From: an uncultured Bacteroidales bacterium | Lineage (GTDB): Bacteria; Bacteroidota; Bacteroidia; Bacteroidales; JAGOPY01 | NCBI GenBank assembly: GCA_964371595.1 | Contig: CAYJNJ010000001.1 | Location: 46,408 to 110,407, forward strand | Length of the DNA stretch: 64,000 nt | Reading direction: 5' to 3' | In this document: piece by piece, positions 18,545 through 28,290 of the stretch | Numbering within the stretch: position 1 is the stretch's first letter | Layout of the letters: each line of letters begins with the position of its first letter | Program-made: the position numbers and the translations under genes | Notes under the pieces: generated by a model | Database searches by the model: none | What the model was told of the DNA's origin: nothing | Seen by the model: the letters and a program-made list of their open reading frames with translations, nothing else

Positions 18545-20959
18545 TTGGAAAAAAATATTAAAATAAGTTGTTTTCATTGCGGTGAAGACTGCGGCAGCCA
18601 ACCTGTCCTATTTGATGAAAAACCCTTTTGCTGCCATGGTTGTAAGACGGTTTATGAGATCCTGAAAGAAAGCGGTTCCTGCGAGTATTACAATATCGAA
18701 GATCATCCCGGCATTAAAATCCGGGAAGCGGAGATCGGGCAGAAATATGCTTACCTTGACAATGAAGAGATCCGGAATGGGCTGTTGGAATTTTCAGATG
18801 GAGGGATAAGTAAAATCAGGCTTTTCATTCCATCGATCCATTGCAGTTCCTGCATCTGGCTGCTCGAAAACCTGGGCAGGCTGCATAAAGGGATCATCCA
18901 TTCAATGGTTAACTTCGTTAAAAAAGAGGTGACCATCACTTTTAAGGAAGATGTGCTTTCCCTTCGCAAACTTGTCGAATTGCTGGTTTCGCTCAATTAT
19001 ATACCGCGGATAACGCTGGATGACATGGACAGGCAGCAAACCAGGAAGCACCAGCGAAAAATCTATTACCAGCTTGGTGTGGCCGGGTTTTGTTTCGGGA
19101 ACATCATGCTATTCAGCTTCCCCGACTATCTTGCAGGAAGCAAGCCCATCGACCAGGGGTTTATACACAATTTCTCCTACTTCAGCCTGATACTGGCCAT
19201 TCCGGTCGTGTTCTACTCGGCGCAGGATTATTTTATTTCGGCCTTTAAAGGCTTAAGGCAGAAGGTGGTTAATATCGAAGTTCCCATCGCATTAGGTATA
19301 GCAGTCCTTTTCCTGAGAAGCGCTTATGATATTCTTTTCAGGATCGATTCGGGTTACCTGGATTCGATGGCAGGACTGGTCTTCTTCATGCTCATCGGTA
19401 AATGGTACCAGGGCAAAACCTACCAGGCCCTTTCGTTTGACAGGGACTATAAATCTTATTTTCCCGTTGCTGTCACTGTTATTAAGGAAGATGGCGCCGA
19501 ATCCACCATTCCCTTAAAAAACCTAAAGCCCGGCACCCGGATCATTGTCCGTAACCAGGAACTGATCCCGGCCGATTCCATCCTGGTCAGGGGTGAGGCC
19601 CATATCGATTACAGTTTTGTGAGCGGGGAATCGACCCCTGTCCATAAAAAGGAGAAAGACCGGATCTTTGCCGGTGGAAGGCAGATCGGAAGCGCAATTG
19701 AGCTGATTGTCGAGAAAGAAGTGATTCAGAGCTACCTGACGGAGCTTTGGAACCAGGACCTTCACGGCAAAGCCGGGTACAGGGGGCTGAATACGCTGAT
19801 CAACAAAGTCAGCCACTATTTTACCATCGTCATCATCAGCATCAGCCTGATTACGGCTGTCTTCTGGCTAACCAGGGACCCGTCGGTCGCAATGAATGCT
19901 TTTACCAGCATCCTGATCGTTGCCTGCCCCTGCGCACTGGCACTGACCATTCCCTTTGCATTTGGCAATACCATGCGCATTTTCGGTAAATCGGGCTTTT
20001 ACCTGAAAAAGACGGAAGTGCTGGAGGAGCTTTCGAAAATTAATACGATCGTCTTTGATAAAACCGGCACCATCACCCAAAATGATGAATACAACATTGA
20101 GCTTGACGACATTGAGCTTAATGAAGCTAACATCAGGTTAATAAGGTCGCTGGTACGGCATTCCTCTCACCCGCTGAGCCAGGCCTTGTATCATGGCCTG
20201 CCATCGGGGGCACTTTCAGAAGTCAGCAATTTTACGGAGATCCCTGCACTTGGAATAGAGGGAATTACAGAAGGAAAAACGGTCAGGGTCGGTTCAGAGG
20301 AATTTATTACCGGGAAAGTCAGCGGGTCCAAATCTTACACGACAAAAGTGTACATTTCCATAGACGGCCAGATCCCCGGCTGGATCCGGATCAGCAACCA
20401 GTACCGTCCCGGGATGGAAGGAGCAATCCGCAGCCTGCGGGAGGATTATGAGCTCCATCTTCTGTCGGGTGATAATGATGCCGAAAAAGGAAAGCTGCTG
20501 CCATTGTTCGGGGACGAAAACTCACTGCATTTCCGTCAATCCCCGAAGGATAAGCTCCTGTACATTGAAAATCTGAAAGCGGCGGGAAAGAAGATCCTCA
20601 TGGTGGGCGACGGGCTGAATGACGCCGGGGCGCTGAAGGAAAGCCATGTAGGGATCACGATCGCCGATAATGTCTATCACTTCTCTCCTGCCTGCGACGG
20701 CATCCTCGATTCCGACCGTTTCAGCCAACTGCCTAAATTTATCCGCTTCAGCCATACGGCAAAGCGCATCGTCATTGCAGGCTTTATCATTTCATTTCTC
20801 TATAATATCGTCGGAATCTCCTTTGCCGCATCCGGCATGCTGACCCCGATGTTGTCTGCCATCCTCATGCCGCTAAGTTCGGTCACGGCTGTGGCTTTTG
20901 CGACATTTACGACATTGATTTTTGCGAAACGCCGGCTCACCGCACCAACACACAATTGA
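18545..20959 (+). CDS. ccoI: copper-translocating P1B-type ATPase CcoI/FixI (cbb3 oxidase maturation)
   Basis: The 804-aa product has a Cys-rich N-terminus (CFHCGEDC, CCHGC), an HMA-like CSSC, the CPC motif, DKTGT and GDGLNDAGAL. It sits directly upstream of ccoS-ccoNO. It has a TTG start. Confidence 0.9.
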   Translation: MEKNIKISCFHCGEDCGSQPVLFDEKPFCCHGCKTVYEILKESGSCEYYNIEDHPGIKIREAEIGQKYAYLDNEEIRNGLLEFSDGGISKIRLFIPSIHCSSCIWLLENLGRLHKGIIHSMVNFVKKEVTITFKEDVLSLRKLVELLVSLNYIPRITLDDMDRQQTRKHQRKIYYQLGVAGFCFGNIMLFSFPDYLAGSKPIDQGFIHNFSYFSLILAIPVVFYSAQDYFISAFKGLRQKVVNIEVPIALGIAVLFLRSAYDILFRIDSGYLDSMAGLVFFMLIGKWYQGKTYQALSFDRDYKSYFPVAVTVIKEDGAESTIPLKNLKPGTRIIVRNQELIPADSILVRGEAHIDYSFVSGESTPVHKKEKDRIFAGGRQIGSAIELIVEKEVIQSYLTELWNQDLHGKAGYRGLNTLINKVSHYFTIVIISISLITAVFWLTRDPSVAMNAFTSILIVACPCALALTIPFAFGNTMRIFGKSGFYLKKTEVLEELSKINTIVFDKTGTITQNDEYNIELDDIELNEANIRLIRSLVRHSSHPLSQALYHGLPSGALSEVSNFTEIPALGIEGITEGKTVRVGSEEFITGKVSGSKSYTTKVYISIDGQIPGWIRISNQYRPGMEGAIRSLREDYELHLLSGDNDAEKGKLLPLFGDENSLHFRQSPKDKLLYIENLKAAGKKILMVGDGLNDAGALKESHVGITIADNVYHFSPACDGILDSDRFSQLPKFIRFSHTAKRIVIAGFIISFLYNIVGISFAASGMLTPMLSAILMPLSSVTAVAFATFTTLIFAKRRLTAPTHN

Positions 20960-21113
20960 TGGTTGGTCGGCGGTTCCCTCCTGCCGCACCGCCGTGATAT
21001 AATTTAGAACCCTTCTAAATATCAATAAAACTGGATATTTCAGTATGATCGTCTTTTACCTGATATATTTTAAAATTAAATTTGTTTTAGAATTATGATA
21101 TCACAATCTCTCA

Positions 21114-21428
21114 GTGAACGTCATCTTCATCCTCATAGCCGTTAGTCTGCTGGTAGCCATTGGTTTCCTCGTTTCTTTCATCTGGTCGATCCGGAATGGA
21201 CAGTTCGATGATGAATATACACCATCGGTGAGGATACTTTTTGAGGATGAAATACAGATTACCAGGCAAACACCAAGCACCAAGCACCAAATACCAAATA
21301 AATCCAAAACCCCAAAACCTCAAAACCCCAAAACCTCAAAACCTCAAAACCACAAAACCCCAAAACCCCAAAACCTCAAAACCTCAAAACCCCAAAACCT
21401 CAAAACCACAAAACCCACTAACCAATAA
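21114..21428 (+). CDS. ccoS: cbb3 oxidase assembly protein CcoS/FixS with a low-complexity tail encoded by a tandem repeat
   Basis: The first 46 aa or so (MNVIFILIAVSLLVAIGFLVSFIWSIRNGQFDDEYTPSVRILFEDE) match the CcoS core. The remainder (..KPQNPKTSKPQNHKTPKPQNLKTS..) is a translation of the CAAAACCY array. It has a GTG start. Confidence 0.75.
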   Translation: MNVIFILIAVSLLVAIGFLVSFIWSIRNGQFDDEYTPSVRILFEDEIQITRQTPSTKHQIPNKSKTPKPQNPKTSKPQNHKTPKPQNLKTSKPQNLKTTKPTNQ

Positions 21429-21437
21429 CCACTAACA
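21268..21437. repeat. C/A-rich, G-free tandem array: CACCAAG x2, ACCAAAT x2, then about 14 units of the 8-mer CAAAACCY, then CCACTAA / CCAATAA
   Basis: Read directly. It has no stop codon in any + frame. A closely related array lies at 39485-39625. Confidence 0.9.
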
Positions 21438-21451
21438 AATAAGCAAATTTT

Positions 21452-23578
21452 ATGGAACAGGAAAAATTCTTCTACGACAACAGGATCGTTAAGTACTTTG
21501 CCTACGCCACGCTCTTCTGGGCTGTCATAGGCATGGTGGTTGGACTGCTGGCCGCACTGCAGCTCGTCTTTCCTTCTCTTTCATTCGACCTGGCTTACCT
21601 AAGCTTTGGCCGTATCAGGCCTATCCATACCAATGCGGTGATCTTCGCATTCGTTGGAAACGGTATTTTTACCGGGGTTTATTATTCGTTGCAGCGGCTC
21701 TGCAAAGCCAGGATGTTTAACGATAAGCTCAGCTATATCCATTTCTGGGGATGGCAGCTTATCATCGTTTTCGCAGCCCTGTCATATATTTTCGGCGTTA
21801 CCACTGGAAAAGAATATGCAGAACTGGAATGGCCGATCGATATCCTGGTCGCCCTGATCTGGGTAATTTTCGGATGGAATATGTTCGGCACGATCATAAA
21901 AAGAAGGACAAGGCACATCTATGTTGCGATCTGGTTCTATATTGCCACCTTTGTTACTGTTGCCGTATTGCATATTGTGAATTCCATTGCAATCCCTGTT
22001 AATTTGCTGAAGAGCTACCCGATCTATGCCGGCGTGCAGGATGCGCTGGTACAGTGGTGGTACGGGCATAATGCCGTAGCATTTTTCCTGACAACGCCTT
22101 ACCTGGGGCTAATGTATTATTTCCTGCCCAAGGCAGCGAACAGGCCTATTTATTCATACCGACTTTCGATTATCCATTTCTGGGCGCTGATCTTCCTCTA
22201 TATCTGGGCAGGCCCTCATCATCTTCTTTATGCCGCCCTGCCTAATTGGGCGCAAACCCTTGGTGTAGTCTTTTCCATCATGCTCATCGCGCCATCATGG
22301 GGAGGGATGGTCAACGGCCTTCTCACCCTCCGCGGCGCCTGGGATAAAGTCCGCGAAGACCCGGTGCTTAAATTCTTCGTTGTCGCCGTGACTGCCTACG
22401 GTATGTCGACTCTCGAAGGCCCGCTGATGTCGGTGAAAAGCATCAACGCATTCACCCATTTTACCGACTGGACCGTAGCCCATGCCCATATCGGCGCTTT
22501 AGGCTGGAACGGCTTCCTCACCTTCGGCATGCTTTACTGGCTGATGCCCCGCCTGTTTAACACCCAACTCTTCTCCCGTAAACTGGCCAATATCCATTTC
22601 TGGCTTGGCACGCTCGGGATCATTTTCTACGCAATCCCGCTCTACTGGGGCGCTGTGGTACAGACTCTCATGTGGAAAGAATTCGACGACATGGGCTTCC
22701 TGAAATATCCGAATTTCCTCGAAACCGTTACCCAGCTCATTCCTATGTATGGGGCACGCGTTATTGGTGGAGCACTTTATATTACAGGCGCCATTATCGG
22801 GGTATGGAATATCATTAAAACCGTAAAAGCCGGGCAGTTCTCCAATGAAACCGAAGCTAATGCCCCGGCACTGGCACCGCTTGATTCAAAACGCGCTGAT
22901 GGCGAATCGCGCCACCGCTGGCTGGAAAGAAAACCGGTCCAGTTCCTGGTAGCTGCACTGATCGTAATCCTGATCGGGGGAGCCATCGAGATTATCCCGA
23001 TGTACCTCATCAAGAGCAATATCCCGACCATCTCCAGTGTGAAGCCGTATACTCCGCTGGAATTGGAGGGACGCGATATTTATGTCAGGGAAGGCTGCTA
23101 TACCTGCCATTCCCAGATGGTCAGGCCGTTCAGGTCGGAGACCGAACGTTACGGAGAGTATTCCAAAGCCGGCGAATTCGTTTATGACCATCCTTTCCAG
23201 TGGGGTTCCAAACGAAACGGGCCTGACCTGGCAAGGGAAGGCGTTGTGACCGGGAAGATGTACAAACCCGATTCATGGCATTACAACCATATGCTGGACC
23301 CGAGGAAGCTCAACCAGCAATCCATCATGCCGGCTTATCCGTGGCTGATCAAAAACCCGCTCGACGTCAGGTATACCGCGAAAAAGATCAGGATCATGCA
23401 ATCGCTTGGCGTGCCGTATGAAGAAGGCTATGACCTGAAGGCCGGCGCCGACCTGCAAAGCCAGGCACAACAGATCGCCAGCGGACTGAAAACATCAGGA
23501 ATTGATGTGGCAGCCGACAGGGAGATCATTGCGGTGATCGCATACCTGCAACGACTGGGTACCGATATTTCTAAATAA
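21452..23578 (+). CDS. ccoNO: cbb3-type cytochrome c oxidase, fused subunits I and II (CcoN-CcoO)
   Basis: The 708-aa product has an N-terminal 12-TM haem-copper oxidase domain. The C-terminal CcoO part has a TM anchor and the CYTCHSQMVRP haem c motif. Confidence 0.95.
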   Translation: MEQEKFFYDNRIVKYFAYATLFWAVIGMVVGLLAALQLVFPSLSFDLAYLSFGRIRPIHTNAVIFAFVGNGIFTGVYYSLQRLCKARMFNDKLSYIHFWGWQLIIVFAALSYIFGVTTGKEYAELEWPIDILVALIWVIFGWNMFGTIIKRRTRHIYVAIWFYIATFVTVAVLHIVNSIAIPVNLLKSYPIYAGVQDALVQWWYGHNAVAFFLTTPYLGLMYYFLPKAANRPIYSYRLSIIHFWALIFLYIWAGPHHLLYAALPNWAQTLGVVFSIMLIAPSWGGMVNGLLTLRGAWDKVREDPVLKFFVVAVTAYGMSTLEGPLMSVKSINAFTHFTDWTVAHAHIGALGWNGFLTFGMLYWLMPRLFNTQLFSRKLANIHFWLGTLGIIFYAIPLYWGAVVQTLMWKEFDDMGFLKYPNFLETVTQLIPMYGARVIGGALYITGAIIGVWNIIKTVKAGQFSNETEANAPALAPLDSKRADGESRHRWLERKPVQFLVAALIVILIGGAIEIIPMYLIKSNIPTISSVKPYTPLELEGRDIYVREGCYTCHSQMVRPFRSETERYGEYSKAGEFVYDHPFQWGSKRNGPDLAREGVVTGKMYKPDSWHYNHMLDPRKLNQQSIMPAYPWLIKNPLDVRYTAKKIRIMQSLGVPYEEGYDLKAGADLQSQAQQIASGLKTSGIDVAADREIIAVIAYLQRLGTDISK

Positions 23579-23586
23579 GGAACGCG

Positions 23587-23769
23587 ATGAACCTTGTAAA
23601 AGAATACCTGGCAACGATCGAAGGCGTGCACATCTACGCTATCCTTTCCATGCTGATTTTCCTGGTCACTTTCATCTACATGATTTATCAGACCTACCTG
23701 ATGCGCAAAGATGAAGCGAAGGAATACGGCAGGCTCCCGATAGAAGATGACGATTGCGGTCAAAACTGA
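23587..23769 (+). CDS. ccoQ: CcoQ/FixQ-like small subunit of cbb3 oxidase
   Basis: It is a 60-aa single-TM protein lying between ccoNO and ccoP. Confidence 0.7.
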   Translation: MNLVKEYLATIEGVHIYAILSMLIFLVTFIYMIYQTYLMRKDEAKEYGRLPIEDDDCGQN

Positions 23770-23805
23770 TTTTAACGGATTAATAACGAATTAAAAATAT
23801 GGTTT

Positions 23806-24402
23806 ATGGAACCAAACGAACATAACCTGATAGAAAAAGACGAGCTGACCGGCGACACCCTGATTTCCGGTCATGAGTACGATGGCATTAAAGAACTGGA
23901 TAATAAACTGCCAAAATGGTGGCTGTGGTTATTCTATATCACGATAATCTTTGCCTTCGTTTACTTCTTCCGCTTCCATATCCTGAAAACAGGAGATTTG
24001 CAGGAAGCTGAATATGATAAGGAAGTCGCGACTGCCATGATGGAATTCAAAGAGATCAGGGCAGCCAATACGATCGACGCCACTACCATCACCTTACTGA
24101 CCGACGCCAGCGGACTTGAGGCCGGTAAGGCCATCTTCGACAAAAGCTGTGTTGTGTGCCACCTTGCACAGGGCCAGGGGATTGTCGGGCCGAACCTGAC
24201 CGACGAATTCTGGATCCATGGCTGCTCGATCGGCGATATTTACAGCCTGATCGTAAAGGGCGTCCCGGAAAAAGGGATGATCTCCTGGAAAGACCAGCTG
24301 TCACCGGTACAGATACAGCAGGTTGCAAGCTATATCATCAGCCTGCAGGGCACCAACCCGCCCAACCCAAAAGCTCCCCAGGGAGAAATCTGTAAAATGT
24401 AA
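23806..24402 (+). CDS. ccoP: cbb3-type cytochrome c oxidase subunit III (CcoP), monohaem form
   Basis: The N-terminus is CcoP-like (HEYDGIKELDNKLPKWW) and is followed by a TM helix. There is one CVVCH motif. Confidence 0.85.
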   Translation: MEPNEHNLIEKDELTGDTLISGHEYDGIKELDNKLPKWWLWLFYITIIFAFVYFFRFHILKTGDLQEAEYDKEVATAMMEFKEIRAANTIDATTITLLTDASGLEAGKAIFDKSCVVCHLAQGQGIVGPNLTDEFWIHGCSIGDIYSLIVKGVPEKGMISWKDQLSPVQIQQVASYIISLQGTNPPNPKAPQGEICKM

Positions 24403-24408
24403 TTTATG

Positions 24409-24459
24409 AACCCACCCCTTCCCCTCCCTTCTCGAAGGGAGGGGGCCAGGGGGTGGGTT
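24409..24459 (+). terminator. strong GC-rich hairpin between ccoP and ccoG (terminator, attenuator or processing site)
   Basis: AACCCACCCC (24409-18) pairs with GGGGTGGGTT (24450-59). CCCCTCCC (24421-28) pairs with GGGAGGGG (24437-44). The following T-tract is weak (TATT). Confidence 0.5.
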
Positions 24460-24480
24460 TATTAAAATCGTCAAATCATT

Positions 24481-25899
24481 ATGGTTCAATTTAAAAAGGA
24501 AGAACAAGAGAAGACCGACTTCCGTGACCGGCTGGCAACGATTGATGAAAAAGGCAAAAGAGTGTGGGTTTTCGCAAAGAAGCCAAAAGGAAAGCTCACA
24601 TTCTGGAGAAATATCGTTGGTTTTGCACTGATGATATTCTTTTTCACTGCGCCATTTATTACGATACACGGCGAGCCCCTTCTCCTGCTGAACTTTATCA
24701 AACGGGAAATTGTGCTGCTCGGCGTACGTTTCTGGCCACAGGATTTTCACTTGTTCTTCCTTGCCATGATCTCACTGATGGTGTTCATCATCCTTTTCAC
24801 AGTCACTTTCGGCTGGATCTGGTGCGGATGGGGCTGTCCGCAGACAGTATTTATGGAGCTGGTATTCCGCCGGATAGAATACTGGATCGAAGGAGATGCC
24901 TACTATCAAAAACAACTTGATAAAGAACCATGGAAATCAAAAAAAATCTTTAAAAGGTCACTCAAGCACATCATATTCTTTGCAATAGCTTTTGTGATCG
25001 GGAACTTTTTCCTGATGTATATTATTGGTTCGAAAGATTGGGAACACCTGGTTTCAGATGACCCTTCAAATCATCTTGGAGGACTTGGCGCAATGCTGGT
25101 TTTCTCCGGGATATTCTACTTCATTTTCTCCTGGTTCCGTGAGCAGGTTTGCACGATAGTATGCCCGTACGGCAGGTTGCAGGGGGTTTTGCTCGACCGG
25201 AACTCGATCGTTATCTCTTACGATTATAAAAGAGGCGAACCAAGAGGTACATTTTTCAAGAGCGAAGACCGGGCAAAGGAAGGAAAGGGAAGCTGTATTA
25301 ACTGCACCCAGTGCGTCCAGGTCTGCCCTACAGGGATTGATATCCGTAACGGCACACAGCTCGAATGCATCAACTGCGCCTGTTGTATCGACGCCTGCAA
25401 TGCCATGATGAAAGCCACCAATCAGCCTGAAGGACTGATACGGTATGCGTCTGAAAAGATGATCACTGAAGGACGGAAACCTAAATTCAATGCCCGTACC
25501 ATCGCTTATTCGGCAGTACTGGTCATCCTTCTTGGGGTGTTCACATTCTCAATCACAGCCCGGAAACCGATTGAAGCCACCATCCTGAGGGCACCCGGTA
25601 TGCTTTACCAGGAGCCCGAACCAGGGAAGATCAGTAATCTATATAATATCAAGCTGGTGAATAAAACCGGGCATGATATCCCTGTGGAACTGAAAATTTT
25701 ATCACCGCAGGGTGTGATCCAGGTCATTGGAAGCGGGATCAACGTAAAAAAACAATCGCTTGGGGAATCCGTCTTTTTCCTCGTGCTTGATAGCCAGGAT
25801 GTTAAATCCGATAAAACACCGGTTAAATTCGGGGTGTACAGCAATGGTGTTATGATTGAAGAGATTGAATCTATTTTTGTCGGACCTAACACACCATGA
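24481..25899 (+). CDS. ccoG: cytochrome c oxidase accessory protein CcoG/FixG (4Fe-4S membrane ferredoxin)
   Basis: 472 aa. It has TM helices plus the motifs CINCTQCVQVCP and CINCACCIDAC. Confidence 0.9.
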   Translation: MVQFKKEEQEKTDFRDRLATIDEKGKRVWVFAKKPKGKLTFWRNIVGFALMIFFFTAPFITIHGEPLLLLNFIKREIVLLGVRFWPQDFHLFFLAMISLMVFIILFTVTFGWIWCGWGCPQTVFMELVFRRIEYWIEGDAYYQKQLDKEPWKSKKIFKRSLKHIIFFAIAFVIGNFFLMYIIGSKDWEHLVSDDPSNHLGGLGAMLVFSGIFYFIFSWFREQVCTIVCPYGRLQGVLLDRNSIVISYDYKRGEPRGTFFKSEDRAKEGKGSCINCTQCVQVCPTGIDIRNGTQLECINCACCIDACNAMMKATNQPEGLIRYASEKMITEGRKPKFNARTIAYSAVLVILLGVFTFSITARKPIEATILRAPGMLYQEPEPGKISNLYNIKLVNKTGHDIPVELKILSPQGVIQVIGSGINVKKQSLGESVFFLVLDSQDVKSDKTPVKFGVYSNGVMIEEIESIFVGPNTP

Positions 25900-26348
25900 A
25901 AATGAAATTTAACTGGGGAACCGGGATTTTTATCGTAATCGTATTATTTCTGTTGGCAGTTGTCGCATTCTTCATTTATATCAAAACCCTCGACATCAAT
26001 CTTGTAGAAGATAATTATTACGAAAAGGAACTGGCTTTCCAGCAACGGATCGACAAGATCAGCAATACGGCTCAACTTCCCGGGAAAATTAGCATCTCAC
26101 AGGGACCCGGAACCCTCATTATTCAATTCCCGGAAACCGATTCTTCCTGGATTCCAACAGGGAATGTTTTGCTGTACAGGCCTTCCGATCCGAAAAAAGA
26201 TGTTACCCTGCCCCTGCAGCTTGACAATTCGCAGCGCCAGGCCATTGACATTTCCGGTATTAGCAAAGGAAAATGGACCGTTAAACTGGAATGGAAAATG
26301 GGAGGAAAAGAATACTATTTTGAGGAAGGACTGATCATTGAACATTGA
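25896..26348 (+). CDS. ccoH: FixH/CcoH family protein
   Basis: 150 aa with an N-terminal TM helix. It overlaps the ccoG stop and sits in the canonical position. Confidence 0.75.
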   Translation: MKMKFNWGTGIFIVIVLFLLAVVAFFIYIKTLDINLVEDNYYEKELAFQQRIDKISNTAQLPGKISISQGPGTLIIQFPETDSSWIPTGNVLLYRPSDPKKDVTLPLQLDNSQRQAIDISGISKGKWTVKLEWKMGGKEYYFEEGLIIEH

Positions 26349-26354
26349 GCAATA

Positions 26355-26409
26355 AGATTTAGCATTTAACATTTCATTTAGAATTTGGAATTTGGAATTT
26401 GGAATTTGG
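26355..26409. repeat. 7-bp tandem array drifting AGATTT AGCATTT AACATTT CATTT AGAATTT GGAATTT GGAATTT GGAATTT
   Basis: Read directly. It occupies most of the ccoH-to-next-gene spacer and is followed by the palindrome CCGCCATATGGCGG. Confidence 0.85.
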
Positions 26410-26424
26410 TCCGCCATATGGCGG

Positions 26425-27141
26425 ATGGAATTTGTCGCAGCATTTATGCTCGGTTTGGTGGGTTCGCTGCATTGCGCCGGCATGTGCGGACCGATAGCCA
26501 TAGCATTGCCCCTTAACAACCAATCCTGGTTCAGCAGGATCAGCGGCGGGCTGCTGTATAATTTGGGCAGGACGCTGACTTACGGGCTGCTGGGTGCCAT
26601 CTTTGGGCTTGCCGGTATGGGGCTGGCCCTGGGTGGGCTGCAGCAATGGGTCTCGATCATCCTCGGCGCGCTTATGATCCTCGCGGTTCTTATTCCCAGG
26701 ATTGGCGGCGCCGGGAGAAAAATTGCAGGCACAACGGAAAAACTTACCGGCGTACTCAAAAAACCCTTCATTAAACTATTCAGGCTCAGGACCTATAAAT
26801 CGCTTTTTCTGATCGGGATATTAAACGGTTTTCTGCCCTGCGGTCTGGTTTATATTGCGGTGGCCGGGGCGCTTATCATGAGTGAATATTACCAGGGTGC
26901 CCTGTACATGGTATTTTTTGGATTGGGAACGATCCCCATGCTACTTGCAATTTCAATCACCGGGAATGTCATCTCCCAAAAACTCAGGAGAAAGCTTACC
27001 AAAGCCATACCTATCGTAATTATACTCCTTGGCCTGCTCTTTATTCTTCGCGGGCTTAATCTCGGCATCCCTTACCTGAGCCCTAAAATTGTCAGTGAGG
27101 GGGAAAAAGCCACAATGGAATGCTGCCATCCTAAAAAATAA
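26425..27141 (+). CDS. TauE/SafE- or DsbD_2-like membrane protein with Cys motifs
   Basis: It is polytopic, with the N-terminal motif SLHCAGMCGP and a C-terminal MECCHPKK. Proteins of this type commonly follow ccoGH in Bacteroidota. The ATG at 26425 is preferred because 26392 lies in the repeat. Confidence 0.7.
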   Translation: MEFVAAFMLGLVGSLHCAGMCGPIAIALPLNNQSWFSRISGGLLYNLGRTLTYGLLGAIFGLAGMGLALGGLQQWVSIILGALMILAVLIPRIGGAGRKIAGTTEKLTGVLKKPFIKLFRLRTYKSLFLIGILNGFLPCGLVYIAVAGALIMSEYYQGALYMVFFGLGTIPMLLAISITGNVISQKLRRKLTKAIPIVIILLGLLFILRGLNLGIPYLSPKIVSEGEKATMECCHPKK

Positions 27142-27222
27142 GCCACATATCCGTTTAAAAAGGATATTATGGTTACTTTTGCAGCCTCGTAACCAAGTAA
27201 AAACACTAAAAATAACACAACA

Positions 27223-27714
27223 ATGAAAAAATCAGCTCTTTTATTGGCTTTAGGAATGTTTGGAACTGCACTGGTGTTGAACTCCTGTTCATCGGGATCG
27301 GAACAGAAAGCGCAAAAACCGGAAACCACAGTCCAGAAAGAAACTCCGGCAGCAACCCCTGCCACCTCGAATGAAACTGCTGCCCAGATGGCCCGCGGCG
27401 AACAGATATATAAAGCCAAATGCATCGCCTGTCACCAGGCTAACGGACAGGGATTGCCCAATGTTTTCCCCACTTTGTTAGGTTCCCAGTTCCTTCTTAA
27501 TCAGAAAGCCCTTGCCGTTTCACAGGTGTTAAACGGATCTGCCAATGTCCAGGCTCAAAAAACGATAAAATATCCCGCACCTATGCCTCCGCAGGCCGAT
27601 ACCAAAGAAGATGCAGTGGCTGTTATTAATTACGTCCTGAACAACTTTGGAAACAATGGCGGTTATGTGACAATGGACGATGTGAAAGATATCCAGATCC
27701 TTCCAAGACAATAA
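27223..27714 (+). CDS. class I c-type cytochrome, lipoprotein
   Basis: It has a signal peptide with the lipobox LNSC, a single CIACH motif, and a distal Met in the PAPMPP region. Confidence 0.8.
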   Translation: MKKSALLLALGMFGTALVLNSCSSGSEQKAQKPETTVQKETPAATPATSNETAAQMARGEQIYKAKCIACHQANGQGLPNVFPTLLGSQFLLNQKALAVSQVLNGSANVQAQKTIKYPAPMPPQADTKEDAVAVINYVLNNFGNNGGYVTMDDVKDIQILPRQ

Positions 27715-27720
27715 CAACTC

Positions 27721-28212
27721 ATGAGATATCTTGTTTTTATTTTTATTGCACTGGCTAGTGTTTCCTGCCAGCAGGCACCTCAGAAGCCTGTGGCAGTTCA
27801 AAAAGAAAAAGCACAATCTCCAACCGGCAATTTCGGTGAGAAAGTAGCCACGGAAAATGCTGTATCGACCGCCCAGTTAGCAACATTATTCAATGGCAGC
27901 GACACTCTTGATTGCACCATTGCCGGCAAGATCAGCGCTTCCTGCAAACACTCCGGTTGCTGGATGGACCTTGATATGGGCAATGAGGAAAGCATCCACA
28001 TTACTTTCGCCGACGAATCATTCACCATCCCGCTTGACGCTGCCGGTAAAAATGCAGTAGCACAGGGAGTAGCCATCAGGGAGCTGATCCCTGTCGAAAA
28101 GCTGCAGAACTATGCAAGGGAAGACGGTAAAACCGAAGCGGAAGTGGCTGCAATTACCCAGCCCGTCTACGCTTATGAGTTTATTGCCAGCGGGGTGCTG
28201 ATAGAGGAATAA
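27721..28212 (+). CDS. DUF4920-like secreted protein
   Basis: It has a lipoprotein signal (LASVSC) and a CKHSGCWMDL motif, as I recall for DUF4920. This assignment is from memory only. Confidence 0.55.
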   Translation: MRYLVFIFIALASVSCQQAPQKPVAVQKEKAQSPTGNFGEKVATENAVSTAQLATLFNGSDTLDCTIAGKISASCKHSGCWMDLDMGNEESIHITFADESFTIPLDAAGKNAVAQGVAIRELIPVEKLQNYAREDGKTEAEVAAITQPVYAYEFIASGVLIEE

Positions 28213-28290
28213 TCAATTGGAAAACCTCTGTACTTTTCATATATTTGCGTGAAAGGAATATTTCCTTTTGATTAACCAAATTCCGAAAAG

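Noticed and set aside
20995-21024. The imperfect palindrome TGATATAATTTAGAACCCTTCTAAATATCA upstream of ccoS-ccoNO, considered as an FNR/CRP-type oxygen-regulator site
   Set aside because: It does not match the TTGAT-N4-ATCAA or TGTGA-N6-TCACA consensus. It could equally be a weak post-ccoI hairpin. Sequence alone gives no way to support a regulatory call.
21241-21435. ORFs encoding PKPQNLKT-type periodic peptides (21241..21435, and the 5' part of 39393..39770)
   Set aside because: These are translations of the stop-free CAAAACCY array. All three frames are open there by composition alone. Only the ccoS read-through and the post-repeat small ORF were kept, both flagged as uncertain.
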